DNA from: Candidatus Multivoradales bacterium
Lineage (GTDB): Bacteria; Acidobacteriota; Thermoanaerobaculia; Multivoradales; J023
NCBI GenBank assembly: GCA_965248925.1
Contig: CBDFLE010000006.1
Coordinates: 1,120,001 to 1,184,000 of the forward strand
DNA: 64,000 nt
Direction: 5' to 3'
The notes beneath the pieces were generated by a model. The model worked only from the letters and a program-made list of their open reading frames with translations. It did no database searches and was not told the DNA's origin. The stretch's first letter is position 1; each line of letters begins with the position of its first letter. A program made the position numbers and the translations under genes. Shown here piece after piece: positions 9,054 through 18,724 of the stretch.

Positions 9054-10595
9054 CTAGTCTGTCACAGGTGGTTTGTTCTGCGGCTGTGCCTTCGAGTACA
9101 GCATGAGGATGACACCAGGGAAGTGCTCTTCTGAGACTTTTCGGCGACCGACGGCGGCGAGAGCGTTATCGACGATCTTCACTTCTCTACCGAAGAAATG
9201 GCCCATCACGACCCACAGCCTCCCCCCCTTCACTCTCTGGATATCCTCACCTAGACTAAGCTGAGCCGGCTGCTTGCCAAGCCTAACATTTCTGAGACTT
9301 TGATCGCGAGTGTAAAAACGAAATGCCGGGGCTGCGGCAAAGTAAACGAAAATCCCGTCATTCTCTCTCTGCCTGTCATTGAGGTGCTCGACCAACGGAC
9401 CCATCTCTTGCCGCATGTACTGCGGCCAATTGGCCATCCGCTGCGCCGCCGGATAGGCAAACATCAGCGCCAGGAAAATGACCGCCAACCGGCTACGCAG
9501 ACCACTGGCGAGAGCGGCCATGCCCACTCCTATCAATATCAAGGTCAAGGGCAGTGAGAACAGCAAAAACCTGGAGTTGATCTCATGTTGACCGGCGACT
9601 ATTGGATAGCGTTTGGCCGCAGAGAGCAGCAGCAGCAGCAGCAGCGGAGCGATCAGCAGCAAGCCCTGAGCCACTTTCCTGCGATCTTTCAACAAAAAGA
9701 TCACGCCCAAGCCAAGGCCAAGCAACGGCAAGCCCAAAGAGCCAGCGAAACCGAGTGGGTAATCAAGATATCCAACTGCTGCTCTCAGGTACCAATCCCA
9801 ATCCGTCCAGAGCGACAGGGGAGCAAAACCACTTTGATGGTAGGCAAAGAGATCCGCGTTGATCGCAGGACGAATCAGAAGAGTGTAGAGGATCCCGAAG
9901 TGGCCAAGTACGACAACGCCCGACAGGGCCGCCAGCCGAACCTCTCCTCGCCGCCGCAGAAGTTCCTTCGTGGCCAAACATGCGAGAGCGCCAACTATCA
10001 CGAGGATCGCTGTGTGTGAGAACCAAGTCGCTACCACACCCGCAGCCACCAGGTACGCCGAGGTGGAGATTTTCCAACCCTCTTCGAGACATTTGAGGGA
10101 GACCAGGAGAATCAACACAGTAGCCAGCAGGTCGAAGGAGTACTGCTTTAGCTCAGCCGAGTAATAAACCGCCGTGGAAGACATCGCGAGTGGCAGGACC
10201 GCAAACACCGCACCCTGTTCCCCGCACACTCGCCTGGCGACCGGTACGAACAACAACAAGGCCGCAGTCCCGGCAATCCACGAAGGAAGGGTCAATGCGC
10301 GCTCGGAATAGCCGAACACCTCTCCAGCCAGCTTGGTGACCCAGAGAAAGCCGAAGGGCGCAGCCTGATTGAAATCGAGAGGCCCCAGCAGCTGCCAGTA
10401 ATTCTTGTCAACCAGGTTGAGTGCCAGCATTGCTGGATCGAGCCACAGAGAACGAGTTTCCAGCCACATTCGCAATCGAAGCGCCAGCCCGACCAGAACG
10501 ACGATTGCCAATACCGCGCGAGACACCCACAGGCTCCCATACCGGGCGGTTCCAGTTGGCAAATGGGAAGATGGTTCCGGTCTCTGTTCAGCCAT
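9054..10595 (-). CDS. GT-C superfamily (GT39/ArnT-like) membrane glycosyltransferase
   Basis: RSLWLDP, QAAPFGF and YYSAELKQYS motifs; about 12 TM segments; C-terminal extracytoplasmic domain. Confidence 0.8.
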   Translation of the reverse strand: MAEQRPEPSSHLPTGTARYGSLWVSRAVLAIVVLVGLALRLRMWLETRSLWLDPAMLALNLVDKNYWQLLGPLDFNQAAPFGFLWVTKLAGEVFGYSERALTLPSWIAGTAALLLFVPVARRVCGEQGAVFAVLPLAMSSTAVYYSAELKQYSFDLLATVLILLVSLKCLEEGWKISTSAYLVAAGVVATWFSHTAILVIVGALACLATKELLRRRGEVRLAALSGVVVLGHFGILYTLLIRPAINADLFAYHQSGFAPLSLWTDWDWYLRAAVGYLDYPLGFAGSLGLPLLGLGLGVIFLLKDRRKVAQGLLLIAPLLLLLLLSAAKRYPIVAGQHEINSRFLLFSLPLTLILIGVGMAALASGLRSRLAVIFLALMFAYPAAQRMANWPQYMRQEMGPLVEHLNDRQRENDGIFVYFAAAPAFRFYTRDQSLRNVRLGKQPAQLSLGEDIQRVKGGRLWVVMGHFFGREVKIVDNALAAVGRRKVSEEHFPGVILMLYSKAQPQNKPPVTD

Positions 10596-10740
10596 GGTTT
10601 GCTCTGGTGGTTTGGTGAATAGGAGTCCGTCAGGAGTCCTCACGGTACCTCGTGCGACAGCCAATGGAACAGTAGCTTCGGAGCATCGTTGAATCGCTGG
10701 GCGATTTCAGGGAGCCAAACTACACGACTGGAAACCGCAC

Positions 10741-10767
10741 GTCCAGCTACGGGATCCGTAGCTGGAC
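10741..10767. repeat. Perfect 12-bp-stem hairpin
   Basis: GTCCAGCTACGG-GAT-CCGTAGCTGGAC. Confidence 0.85.
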
Positions 10768-10824
10768 AGCCTGCCCAGATGTGGGTAGTACAGGAAGAGG
10801 ACCCTCGCATTGGCAATCCTTCAT
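10747..10824 (-). pseudogene. Truncated paralog of the toxin N-terminus (25 aa)
   Basis: MKDCQCEGPLPVLPTSGQAVQLRIP* versus the toxin start MMDRQCRSPRPALPTSGQAVQ. Confidence 0.7.
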
Positions 10825-10960
10825 GGCGCCAAGTGTAGCAATGCCAAGCCAAGTACTATTGAGACAGGGGAGTTACTCCACAAGAGACTTAGGGTAACTC
10901 GCAAGAGGCCCCCGGACTACACCCCCCACCTCGCAGCCCGGCCCGAAGAAGGCCGAGCTG
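10766..10960. repeat. Diverged ~195-bp direct repeat, copy 2
   Basis: Aligns with 8541-8735. Confidence 0.9.
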
Positions 10961-10989
10961 GCGAAACACACTTCCAGCGATCAAGTTCC

Positions 10990-13900
10990 CTAAAACTCCA
11001 ACACCGCCAACTCACGGCGTAGCTGCAACACCTCCACATCCGGGTCGATCACCACTCGCTGGGGCTCGAAGTCGCTGTCGATCAGCAGCTCGCGGACGTA
11101 GCCCGGGCCGAGGTCGACTCGGACGCGGGCATCATGATAGCTGGGGTCGGGTTGGCCATCGTGGTCGAAGCGCTGGCCGCTCGACACCGCCACGGTGATG
11201 GGCAACTGACCGCCGCCAACACTTTCGACCACCAGGCGGGTGCGCCAGCCAACGGCGGTCTTCTCGACCGTGGCTTCTTGGATGCGGAACTCGGGCACGA
11301 CCACATCAAAGAACCACTGGGCGGTGAAACGATCGAAAGCTCCGGCGTCGGCGGCATGCGGTCGCAGCACTTCGAGCAGGTCTTCGAGCAGCGGATAGTC
11401 GGGCCCGTTTTCGTAGCGGGCTATGAACTCACCCAGCCCGGCTAGCAACGGCTCTCGGCCCATCTCGTGTAGCAACATCCACATCACCCAACCTCCCTTA
11501 TCGTAAGTTACGGTCTGATCACCCGACAATCGGCCGTCAATCTGCACTAGCGGCCGCTCGTCATCAGCCCGGCGACGCTCGCCGTAGCGCTTTTCGATCA
11601 GCTTGAGAAACCCCATCCGGCTGCTATCGCCAGCCAGCTGCTGGAGCAGCAGGATGGTGGAAAAATGGGCCATGCCCTCGGATAACATCGCCCCTCCGGG
11701 GCCCTCGCCCGGAGTCAGAATATTACCCCACCACTGGTGGGCTGCTTCGTGGGCGGTCACCATGCGCACCGCATCGGCCCGATCTTCGCTCAGCGTCAGA
11801 AAGCCAATCCCCTCAGAAAATGTAATATTGGTCGGAAATCCCTGAGCATAGGTCGCGAGGTCGGCAAACTCACTCAATTTGAGTTCCTGCCAAGGATAAG
11901 GATAGAACCACTGCGAATAGTAGCGGCGCGCTGCGTCAAGAGTCTCTGACATGGCGTCTATGTTGTAGGCATGGTCCGCGTGATAGTGAATCACTGTCCC
12001 CTCCCCCTGCCTCTCTCGCCAGCGCCCGGCGACAACATTGAAAAAACGTACCGGGTGGTCACTGACCCACTCGACGGTCCGCCGGCCGGCCGCGACCTCG
12101 TCGCGGCGCTTGACCCCCACGGAGTTGTATGTCAGTTCGGCCGGGCCGCTGATTGTCACCCGAGTGGAGTAGGGTCGCCGGTTACCGAGCGCTGGCGGCA
12201 ACGACTCGAGATATAGATCGCTTTTCCAATCGGCTGGATCGGTGCGGTTGTCTTCATCGACGCCGATATCCTCCAGATAGCCAAGCTGAGGCATGAAGGC
12301 GGTGCCGAAGCTGGTCAGCACCACTCCCGAGGCCAGGACGAACTGGTTACCGCCACCACCGTTCTTGCTCATCCCATCCGGAAAATGCCCTTCGAAAGTG
12401 AGCCCCAACTCGAGTTCGGCAGCCGGGGCTAGCGGCTCAGCAAGCTCGAAAACGTAGAGGCCAGAACGCTCGTCGGGAGTCTGCTCGACACCATCCAAGG
12501 TCCAACTCACCTGCCGCCAATGAGGTCCACCGGTCAAGGCAAAACGGTCGATCGGCTGGTTGTGGGGATTGTAAAGACGATAGCTGCCACGGCTCTTCAA
12601 CCAGCCCTCGGCGGGCCGCAAATCGAGTTGCAAGTCGATCGCCGAGTAGGACGGCTGGAGGGCCTCGATCCAGGTCTCGCGGTTCTGCTTCCAGTAGTCC
12701 TTGCTTTGCTGTTCGGCGACCTCTCCCTGGGAACCGTGCAGCACCCCGACCCACAGCATTCCAGCAGTGACTAGCAGCGGCAAGATCGCCGGCAGCAGAC
12801 CGACGACAACGCGGCTCAGCGGCCGCGGGCGCAGTCGCACCATCAGTCCGGCGATGTCGAGCTGACGGCGGCGATAGAAACGCACCGCCAGCAAGCTGAA
12901 GAGCACCGCCGCCGCCAAGACTGTCAGCCGATTGAGTATCAAGGCACGGCGGTCGAACTCGAAGAGGCTGATATCGCTCCATTGTAAAGCGCCCCACAGC
13001 CACCAGTTGAAAGCCCATTCCATCTGGCCCGTAAGCTGGCGATAAAGGGTGTAGGCAATGATCGCAAAACCCACCGCCCAAGTCAGATAACGACTGCCGA
13101 ACAGGCCGTGCAAAGCAGCGATCAAAGCTGACCAGGCAAGGAAAGTCGGCAGCAGCAACAGTCCCCAAACCAGCAGATAGGGCCACAGCGTGAAGCTTGT
13201 CTGCCCCTGAATTGCCAAGGCGATCCAGTGCGCCATCATCACGGCTAGCAGCACCAGCAGCACGACTCCGCTATTGCCTAAAACCTTGCCCAACAAGATC
13301 GCCGGGGTAGGCAGTGGCGAGCTGCTGACCAGCGGCGCCGCTCCACCGCTGCGTTCGCGGTCCAGGGACTCGACGAGGAAAAACATCAGCAACAGAGAAA
13401 CCAATAGCGCCAAAGTGTTGAACGACCCCACCGCCAGCTGACCGGAAGTGAGCAGCAGGCGGGTGGAGAACGGACCCAGCTGCAGCAGATTGCCAGCCAC
13501 GGTTTGGACTAAGACAAAGAAGGCAAAGAGGTACAACCCTGGCTCGCGCAACAAGGAACCCGCCTCAACCGAAGCGATGGTCCGAGTAGCACGCCACCAG
13601 CCGGGAGGCTGGGAAGACATCCGTAGCCGGGCGCCGGTCAGCGCCGGCAGCGGTGCCGGAGCCTGCCGGCGACGCCGCTTGGCTTTCGCCTCCACCTGTC
13701 CGCGCAGAGTCCGCGCCAGGCGGCGCTGCGCCAGCACCACCGCGCCGATGCCGATGGCGACCATCGCCACTCGGCTGAGCAAGAACCAAGATTCGAAGGG
13801 CAAGCGGGCGGTGTTGTAGATCTCAGCCCCGCGGTCGACATCTAGCCAGCTGCGGTTGAGCCAGCGCACACCGGCGGGGTCGAGCGCCATCAGCAGACGG

Positions 13901-14550
13901 TCGAGCCGCGGATCGAGCCAGGCGGGTGCCCAGTTCCACAGCAAGAAACCGCTCAGGGTCGTCGCCACCAGGGGGAAGAGAAACGCCACCGCGGCCCGCC
14001 GGGTGAGCACCCCGAGATAGAACACCACACCGATGAATACCACCAGCGGCGGCACCCCCAGCACCAGCGCCGGGCGCAGGTAGTTCCACAACACGAACGG
14101 CCCGCGCAGCTTGTCGGCCTCGGCACTTGGCACGAGATGGAAGAAGACCATCATCATCACCAGCTGCGCCAGCAGCACCAGCAAGAAGGCGCTGGTCAGC
14201 GCCAACACCTTGCCCCAAGCGTATTGGCGAACGCTGAGCGGCGTCGAATGCAGCAGCTCGCCGACTTTGTGCTCGTCGTCGCGCAGCACCACCGTACCGG
14301 CGGAGATCGAGGCGAACCAGGAGTAGAGAGTGGCTACCAGCATCGAGATGTAGAAAGCCACGCTCGACTCTGAGGTCAGCCACACCTTGGTACCCCCGAC
14401 CGAGGTCGAACCACTGGAGATCTGCACAGTGCCGGTGCTCAGCCCCCAGGTCATCAAGGCCACCGTCAACAGCAAGAGCCAAGTCATCGGCCGGCTTAGT
14501 TGATAGCCCAGCTCGAGCCGCCAGACCGCCCAGAACGGCGCCCGTTTCAC
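10990..14550 (-). CDS. ABC-2 type permease fused to an M1 family zinc aminopeptidase
   Basis: Two multi-TM permease halves, then HEAAHQWWG...LSEG (HEXXH..E) and YDKGGWV. Confidence 0.9.
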   Translation of the reverse strand: MKRAPFWAVWRLELGYQLSRPMTWLLLLTVALMTWGLSTGTVQISSGSTSVGGTKVWLTSESSVAFYISMLVATLYSWFASISAGTVVLRDDEHKVGELLHSTPLSVRQYAWGKVLALTSAFLLVLLAQLVMMMVFFHLVPSAEADKLRGPFVLWNYLRPALVLGVPPLVVFIGVVFYLGVLTRRAAVAFLFPLVATTLSGFLLWNWAPAWLDPRLDRLLMALDPAGVRWLNRSWLDVDRGAEIYNTARLPFESWFLLSRVAMVAIGIGAVVLAQRRLARTLRGQVEAKAKRRRRQAPAPLPALTGARLRMSSQPPGWWRATRTIASVEAGSLLREPGLYLFAFFVLVQTVAGNLLQLGPFSTRLLLTSGQLAVGSFNTLALLVSLLLMFFLVESLDRERSGGAAPLVSSSPLPTPAILLGKVLGNSGVVLLVLLAVMMAHWIALAIQGQTSFTLWPYLLVWGLLLLPTFLAWSALIAALHGLFGSRYLTWAVGFAIIAYTLYRQLTGQMEWAFNWWLWGALQWSDISLFEFDRRALILNRLTVLAAAVLFSLLAVRFYRRRQLDIAGLMVRLRPRPLSRVVVGLLPAILPLLVTAGMLWVGVLHGSQGEVAEQQSKDYWKQNRETWIEALQPSYSAIDLQLDLRPAEGWLKSRGSYRLYNPHNQPIDRFALTGGPHWRQVSWTLDGVEQTPDERSGLYVFELAEPLAPAAELELGLTFEGHFPDGMSKNGGGGNQFVLASGVVLTSFGTAFMPQLGYLEDIGVDEDNRTDPADWKSDLYLESLPPALGNRRPYSTRVTISGPAELTYNSVGVKRRDEVAAGRRTVEWVSDHPVRFFNVVAGRWRERQGEGTVIHYHADHAYNIDAMSETLDAARRYYSQWFYPYPWQELKLSEFADLATYAQGFPTNITFSEGIGFLTLSEDRADAVRMVTAHEAAHQWWGNILTPGEGPGGAMLSEGMAHFSTILLLQQLAGDSSRMGFLKLIEKRYGERRRADDERPLVQIDGRLSGDQTVTYDKGGWVMWMLLHEMGREPLLAGLGEFIARYENGPDYPLLEDLLEVLRPHAADAGAFDRFTAQWFFDVVVPEFRIQEATVEKTAVGWRTRLVVESVGGGQLPITVAVSSGQRFDHDGQPDPSYHDARVRVDLGPGYVRELLIDSDFEPQRVVIDPDVEVLQLRRELAVLEF

Positions 14551-15479
14551 GCTCCACCTCCTACCGCGGCGGCCGCTGCTGGGGCCTCGCCATTGGCCGC
14601 GGCGCTAGCAGCGTCTTGCATCAGCAGAAGATAGGCATCTTCCAACGTCGGCACCGCGGCCTCGAAACCGAGTGGCGGCGAACCGTCCTGGTGATAGATG
14701 CGGACCCGATGACGGCCTTCGACCAACACCGATTGGGTCAGGCGATGCTGGCGTTGCAAGGTCTCCAGATCGTCACGTCCGACGGTGGCTTCCCAGATCT
14801 TGCCGGCCACTCGCTGTCGCGCCTCGGTGGGCGTTGTGGAAACCAGCAGGCGGCCCTCACGGATCACCGCGAAGCGCGGGCAGAGCACCGCCACGTCCTC
14901 AACGATGTGGGTCGACAGCAACACCACTCGCTGCTCGGCCAGCTCGGCCAACAAGCGGTAGAAACGCAGCCGTTCTTCCGGATCTAAGCCAGCGGTAGGC
15001 TCGTCGACAATGATCAGCCGCGGGTCGCCGGCGATCGCTTGCGCCACCCCAAGGCGTTGCCGCATGCCGCCCGAGTAGGAACTCACCTTGCGCCCCGCCG
15101 CGGCGGTCAGATTGACCTGCTCGAGTAGCTCCGCCACCGTCTCATCGAGACTTCTGCCAGCAGCCTCCACTCCTTTGAGCTGCAACAGATGGGCAAGCAT
15201 CTTGGCACCGCTCAAATGAGGATAGAAACCAAACTCCTGCGGCAGATAACCAAGCTTGGGCCACACTCGACGCGGATCGCTGAGGATGTCCTCGCCATCG
15301 AGTTCCACCGCTCCCGAGGTGGGCTCGAGCAGGCCGGCCAGAATGCGCATCAGGGTGGTCTTGCCGGCACCGTTGGGCCCCAGAAGACCGAACATGCCGG
15401 TGGGTACTTCGAGCCGAATGCCCGCCAACGCCGTCACCGGTCCAGGGTACACTTTCACTAAATCGTGAATCTTCAACAT
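14547..15479 (-). CDS. ABC transporter ATP-binding protein
   Basis: GPNGAGKTT, YSGGMRQR, IVDEPT, STH. Confidence 0.95.
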   Translation of the reverse strand: MLKIHDLVKVYPGPVTALAGIRLEVPTGMFGLLGPNGAGKTTLMRILAGLLEPTSGAVELDGEDILSDPRRVWPKLGYLPQEFGFYPHLSGAKMLAHLLQLKGVEAAGRSLDETVAELLEQVNLTAAAGRKVSSYSGGMRQRLGVAQAIAGDPRLIIVDEPTAGLDPEERLRFYRLLAELAEQRVVLLSTHIVEDVAVLCPRFAVIREGRLLVSTTPTEARQRVAGKIWEATVGRDDLETLQRQHRLTQSVLVEGRHRVRIYHQDGSPPLGFEAAVPTLEDAYLLLMQDAASAAANGEAPAAAAAVGGGA

Positions 15480-15579
15480 GGTCATCTCCAAGGACTTATT
15501 TACCAAGCGTAGGGCTCCCCTCGCCGGTCCCCAGGAAGCGAGGCCGGTAGTTCGAAGAGCACGTTTCTTCAACAACTAG

Positions 15580-16458
15580 CTACAAGCCGTGGCGGCGGGA
15601 ACGCGCCGCCCAAGTCACCAACGCCGCGCCGATGGCGAGCCACAGCAACAATCCCCCCAGCCAAGGGGCGAGGGCGAACGGTTGCAGCGATAAAAAATCT
15701 TGATAGATAGGCCCACCCAAGACTCCCAGAAGACCCATCGGGAAGCCCATGATGGCGAATTCCAATACGCTTACGAAGCTCACCCAGCCGGATTTCATAG
15801 CCAGGGTCCACAGGACGAAAGCAGTACCCTGGACGGCGAAGAACCACCCCCAAGGCCGATCGCTGCGCACCACAGCGGCACTGACCAGCAGATAGGGCAC
15901 CAGCGGCGCCAGCAGTAGATTCAGCCAAGCAGTGAACGAGAAAGTGGCGAAGATCAAGTCGCCATGCCCCACCAAGGTCGCCGCCAGCACCGCCACTGCC
16001 GCTTGCGCAGCCACCACCACCACCAGCCAACAGCCCCCAGCGGCGGTGCGCAGCAGGTCGTGCAGCCAGCGCTCCACCGGCATCGACCAATGGTAACCAC
16101 GACCCGCTGGCCGTTCGTCGCGCCAAACGATCCGCGCCGCGAAGAAGCCCCACAGCATGCTAACCACAAAGGCAAACGCCACCGCTGCCGTACCCCGGTC
16201 CAGCGGGAAATCGACCCCTTCGGCAAGCTGGCCGATGTCGGTCCAGAGCATTGTGGTAGCACCCTTGGGAGCCTCGCTGATCTGGATCTGAATGGCAAAA
16301 ACTACACCCCCGGCCGCCAAGCTGGCGAGCTGCAGCAGGATCACCACCAGGGCAATCTGCACTCCCCTTCCCGAGCGCGGCGGAATCAGCCGTAGCTGGG
16401 TGAGGAAAACCCTACCCAGGGAGGGCAAGCCCGCGTCGGGGTTCACCGCGGTACTCAT
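15580..16458 (-). CDS. Membrane protein (probable ABC permease)
   Basis: About 6 TM segments; ATGA overlap with the upstream ATPase gene. Confidence 0.7.
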   Translation of the reverse strand: MSTAVNPDAGLPSLGRVFLTQLRLIPPRSGRGVQIALVVILLQLASLAAGGVVFAIQIQISEAPKGATTMLWTDIGQLAEGVDFPLDRGTAAVAFAFVVSMLWGFFAARIVWRDERPAGRGYHWSMPVERWLHDLLRTAAGGCWLVVVVAAQAAVAVLAATLVGHGDLIFATFSFTAWLNLLLAPLVPYLLVSAAVVRSDRPWGWFFAVQGTAFVLWTLAMKSGWVSFVSVLEFAIMGFPMGLLGVLGGPIYQDFLSLQPFALAPWLGGLLLWLAIGAALVTWAARSRRHGL

Positions 16459-17378
16459 GACGGCTCCATCGACAAGAAGTCGCGGGTGGCTTCTTCGAGG
16501 GTAGGCGAGACTTGATGGCGGACGGTTGCCCCCGCCACCGTGAGTTCCGCGGCCAGGGCCCGCGGATCGCCCCAGAGGGTCCAGCAAATCTCCCGACCGC
16601 GGTCCTGCCGGCGGAGCACCCGGTCCTGGATCGACGGGGCGCCGGGCCAGTCGGCGGGAACTTCAGCGCGCAGTCGCCACAAGCGCTGTTCGAGCAAGTC
16701 GCGGCGCACCTGAGCTCGCAAGCGACCTTTGTCGAGCACCCCCAAACAGTCCCCCAGACCTTCCAACTCGTGCACCAAGTGAGTCGAAATCAGCGCCGTC
16801 GTCGGGCTCTCCGCGAGGTGCTCGGCCAACAGACCAAGAACCCGGTCGCGGGCCAAGGGATCGAGCCCGTCCGTCGGCTCGTCGAGCAGCAACAGGGCCG
16901 GCCGATGAGCCAACGCCAGGATCAGTTGCAGCCGCCGCTTCTGCCCCTTCGACAACTTGCCGAAACGCCCTTCGAGAGGCACTTCCAAAGCGCTTACCAG
17001 GCGCTCGGCATAGGCCTGGTCCCAGCGCGGAAAATAGCTGGCGTGGTGCCGCAGAAGCCTGCCCACCCGCAAGCGCGGGTAGCCGAAGTCGGGGCTGTCG
17101 GCAACGAAGCCGATCCGTGATCGAGCTTCGGCGCCGCGCTCAGGCAGCATAAATCCCAGTACTTCCGCCTCGCCCCCATCCATCCGCAATAGCCCTACCA
17201 GGGCCCTCAACGTGGTCGTCTTACCAGCCCCGTTGGGTCCAACCAAAACATAGACCGCGCCCTCCGGCACGCTGAGATCCAGGCTTTCCAGGGCTAACTG
17301 GCGGCCAAAGTTCTTGGCCAAACCAGTGGTGCAAACCGCCAGCGGACCGTCGAGTTCTCCTAGCAATTCCTCAATCAC
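16455..17378 (-). CDS. ABC transporter ATP-binding protein (YtrB-like)
   Basis: GPNGAGKTT, LSKGQ, LLDEPT, STH. Confidence 0.95.
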   Translation of the reverse strand: MIEELLGELDGPLAVCTTGLAKNFGRQLALESLDLSVPEGAVYVLVGPNGAGKTTTLRALVGLLRMDGGEAEVLGFMLPERGAEARSRIGFVADSPDFGYPRLRVGRLLRHHASYFPRWDQAYAERLVSALEVPLEGRFGKLSKGQKRRLQLILALAHRPALLLLDEPTDGLDPLARDRVLGLLAEHLAESPTTALISTHLVHELEGLGDCLGVLDKGRLRAQVRRDLLEQRLWRLRAEVPADWPGAPSIQDRVLRRQDRGREICWTLWGDPRALAAELTVAGATVRHQVSPTLEEATRDFLSMEPS

Positions 17379-17764
17379 GATGTCTCCTCCAGCGGCTCCG
17401 CGGCGGCCACCTGCTGCAACGCAGTCACCAAATCATCGACCCCCAAGCCATGGCGGTAGGCCTCGCGCAAGCTACGTTCAGCCAAGGACTTGGCCAACCT
17501 GCGCCGCTCCTCCGCCAGCGAACTCAAACCGGCGACGAAGGTGCCCATGCCACGCCGCACATAGGCCACTCCCTCGCGCTCGAGTTCACGGTAGGCCTGC
17601 TGTACGGTATTCGGATTGACCCGCAGATCAGCCGCCAGCCGGCGCACCGACGGCAGTGGATCGTCAGCCCGCAGGCTACCCACGACCAATGCACGGCGAA
17701 TCTCGTCCATGATCTGCTGGTAGATCGGGCGTGGGTCAGAGGGCTCGATAGTGATGATCGCCAT
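17375..17764 (-). CDS. GntR family regulator, YtrA subfamily
   Basis: PIYQQI...LPSVRRLAADLRVNPNTVQQAYRELE..RRGMGTFV; short C-terminus; heads an ABC operon. Confidence 0.93.
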   Translation of the reverse strand: MAIITIEPSDPRPIYQQIMDEIRRALVVGSLRADDPLPSVRRLAADLRVNPNTVQQAYRELEREGVAYVRRGMGTFVAGLSSLAEERRRLAKSLAERSLREAYRHGLGVDDLVTALQQVAAAEPLEETS

Positions 17765-17825
17765 ACCGCTTCGTCGCTCTCACTTGGGACCAAGGCAGAA
17801 GGCAGTGCCTCCTCAGGTGCCTCGG

Positions 17826-17871
17826 TGTATCGGTTGACTAATACGGTAATGCTGCCAGAAGGTTTCGTCAA
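17826..17871 (-). promoter_or_regulatory. Promoter with YtrA-type operator
   Basis: TTGACG-N17-TACCGT on the minus strand, overlapped and followed by the palindrome GTAT-CGGTTGACTA-ATAC at 17827-17844. Confidence 0.65.
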
Positions 17872-17955
17872 CAGCCGCCCTAGGGGAAATTCAACGCCGA
17901 GAAGGCCGGACCGGCCCTCCAGCCCCCCAAGGTCCAGACCAGGTAGGCTCAGCCG

Positions 17956-18720
17956 ATGACCGCAATGACTCTGATCGAACGTTTCCGCGGCGCCCGAGCA
18001 GATCCCACTCTGGCCGTGCTCGAGGGCTTTCATGCGCTCAAGCACGCGCTACGCTTCGGTGCCGAGTTGATCGATGCGAGGAGCCGCGACAAGGCGGCTG
18101 TCGAGCGGCTGTGCGAGCAGCTGGCGCCAGATCTCACCGCTACTCTGACGGACATCGTCGACCAAGTGCCAGCCGATTGTTTCGCCCAGTTAGCACCCCG
18201 CGCGCCGCGCACCGGCGTTCTAGCCCTGGCGCGGCGACCGTCGGTAGATGCAACCGCGGTGTTGAGAGATCCTGGAGACGCGCCGCTGGTGTTACTCGAA
18301 AATCCCACCCAACACGGCAACATCGGTGCGGTGATCAGGGTGGCGGCGGCGGTCAGCGCCGCCGGGGTGCTCACCCTGGGCGGTGTCGACCCGTGGCATC
18401 CGGCGGCCTTGCGCGGCGCGGCGGGCTTGCACTTCGCCCTCTCCGTCGCCCGCCTCACCGAGCTGCCTGAGCACGATCGGCCGTTACTGGCGCTTGCACT
18501 GGGTGGTCAGCCGCTGGCAGGTCCGCTGCCGGCCCGCGCCCTGCTGGCCTTCGGTAACGAGCGCGAAGGACTCAGCGAAAGCCTGTTGGCCGCCGCCGGT
18601 CAACGACTGACCTTACCCATGCGATCCGGCATTTCCAGCCTCAACTTAGCAACCAGCGTCGCCGCGGTGCTCTACCTTGGAGGCCACAAGTCAGCGGCCG
18701 CGACAGCAACACCGCTTTGA
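17956..18720 (+). CDS. TrmH/SpoU family RNA methyltransferase
   Basis: GNIGAVIR, FGNEREGL and SSLNLATS SPOUT motifs. Confidence 0.92.
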   Translation: MTAMTLIERFRGARADPTLAVLEGFHALKHALRFGAELIDARSRDKAAVERLCEQLAPDLTATLTDIVDQVPADCFAQLAPRAPRTGVLALARRPSVDATAVLRDPGDAPLVLLENPTQHGNIGAVIRVAAAVSAAGVLTLGGVDPWHPAALRGAAGLHFALSVARLTELPEHDRPLLALALGGQPLAGPLPARALLAFGNEREGLSESLLAAAGQRLTLPMRSGISSLNLATSVAAVLYLGGHKSAAATATPL

Positions 18721-18724
18721 GAGG

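Noticed and set aside
9626-9645. (GCA)n tract as a phase-variation site
   Set aside because: A short in-frame triplet run encoding poly-Leu in a TM helix; it cannot shift the frame.
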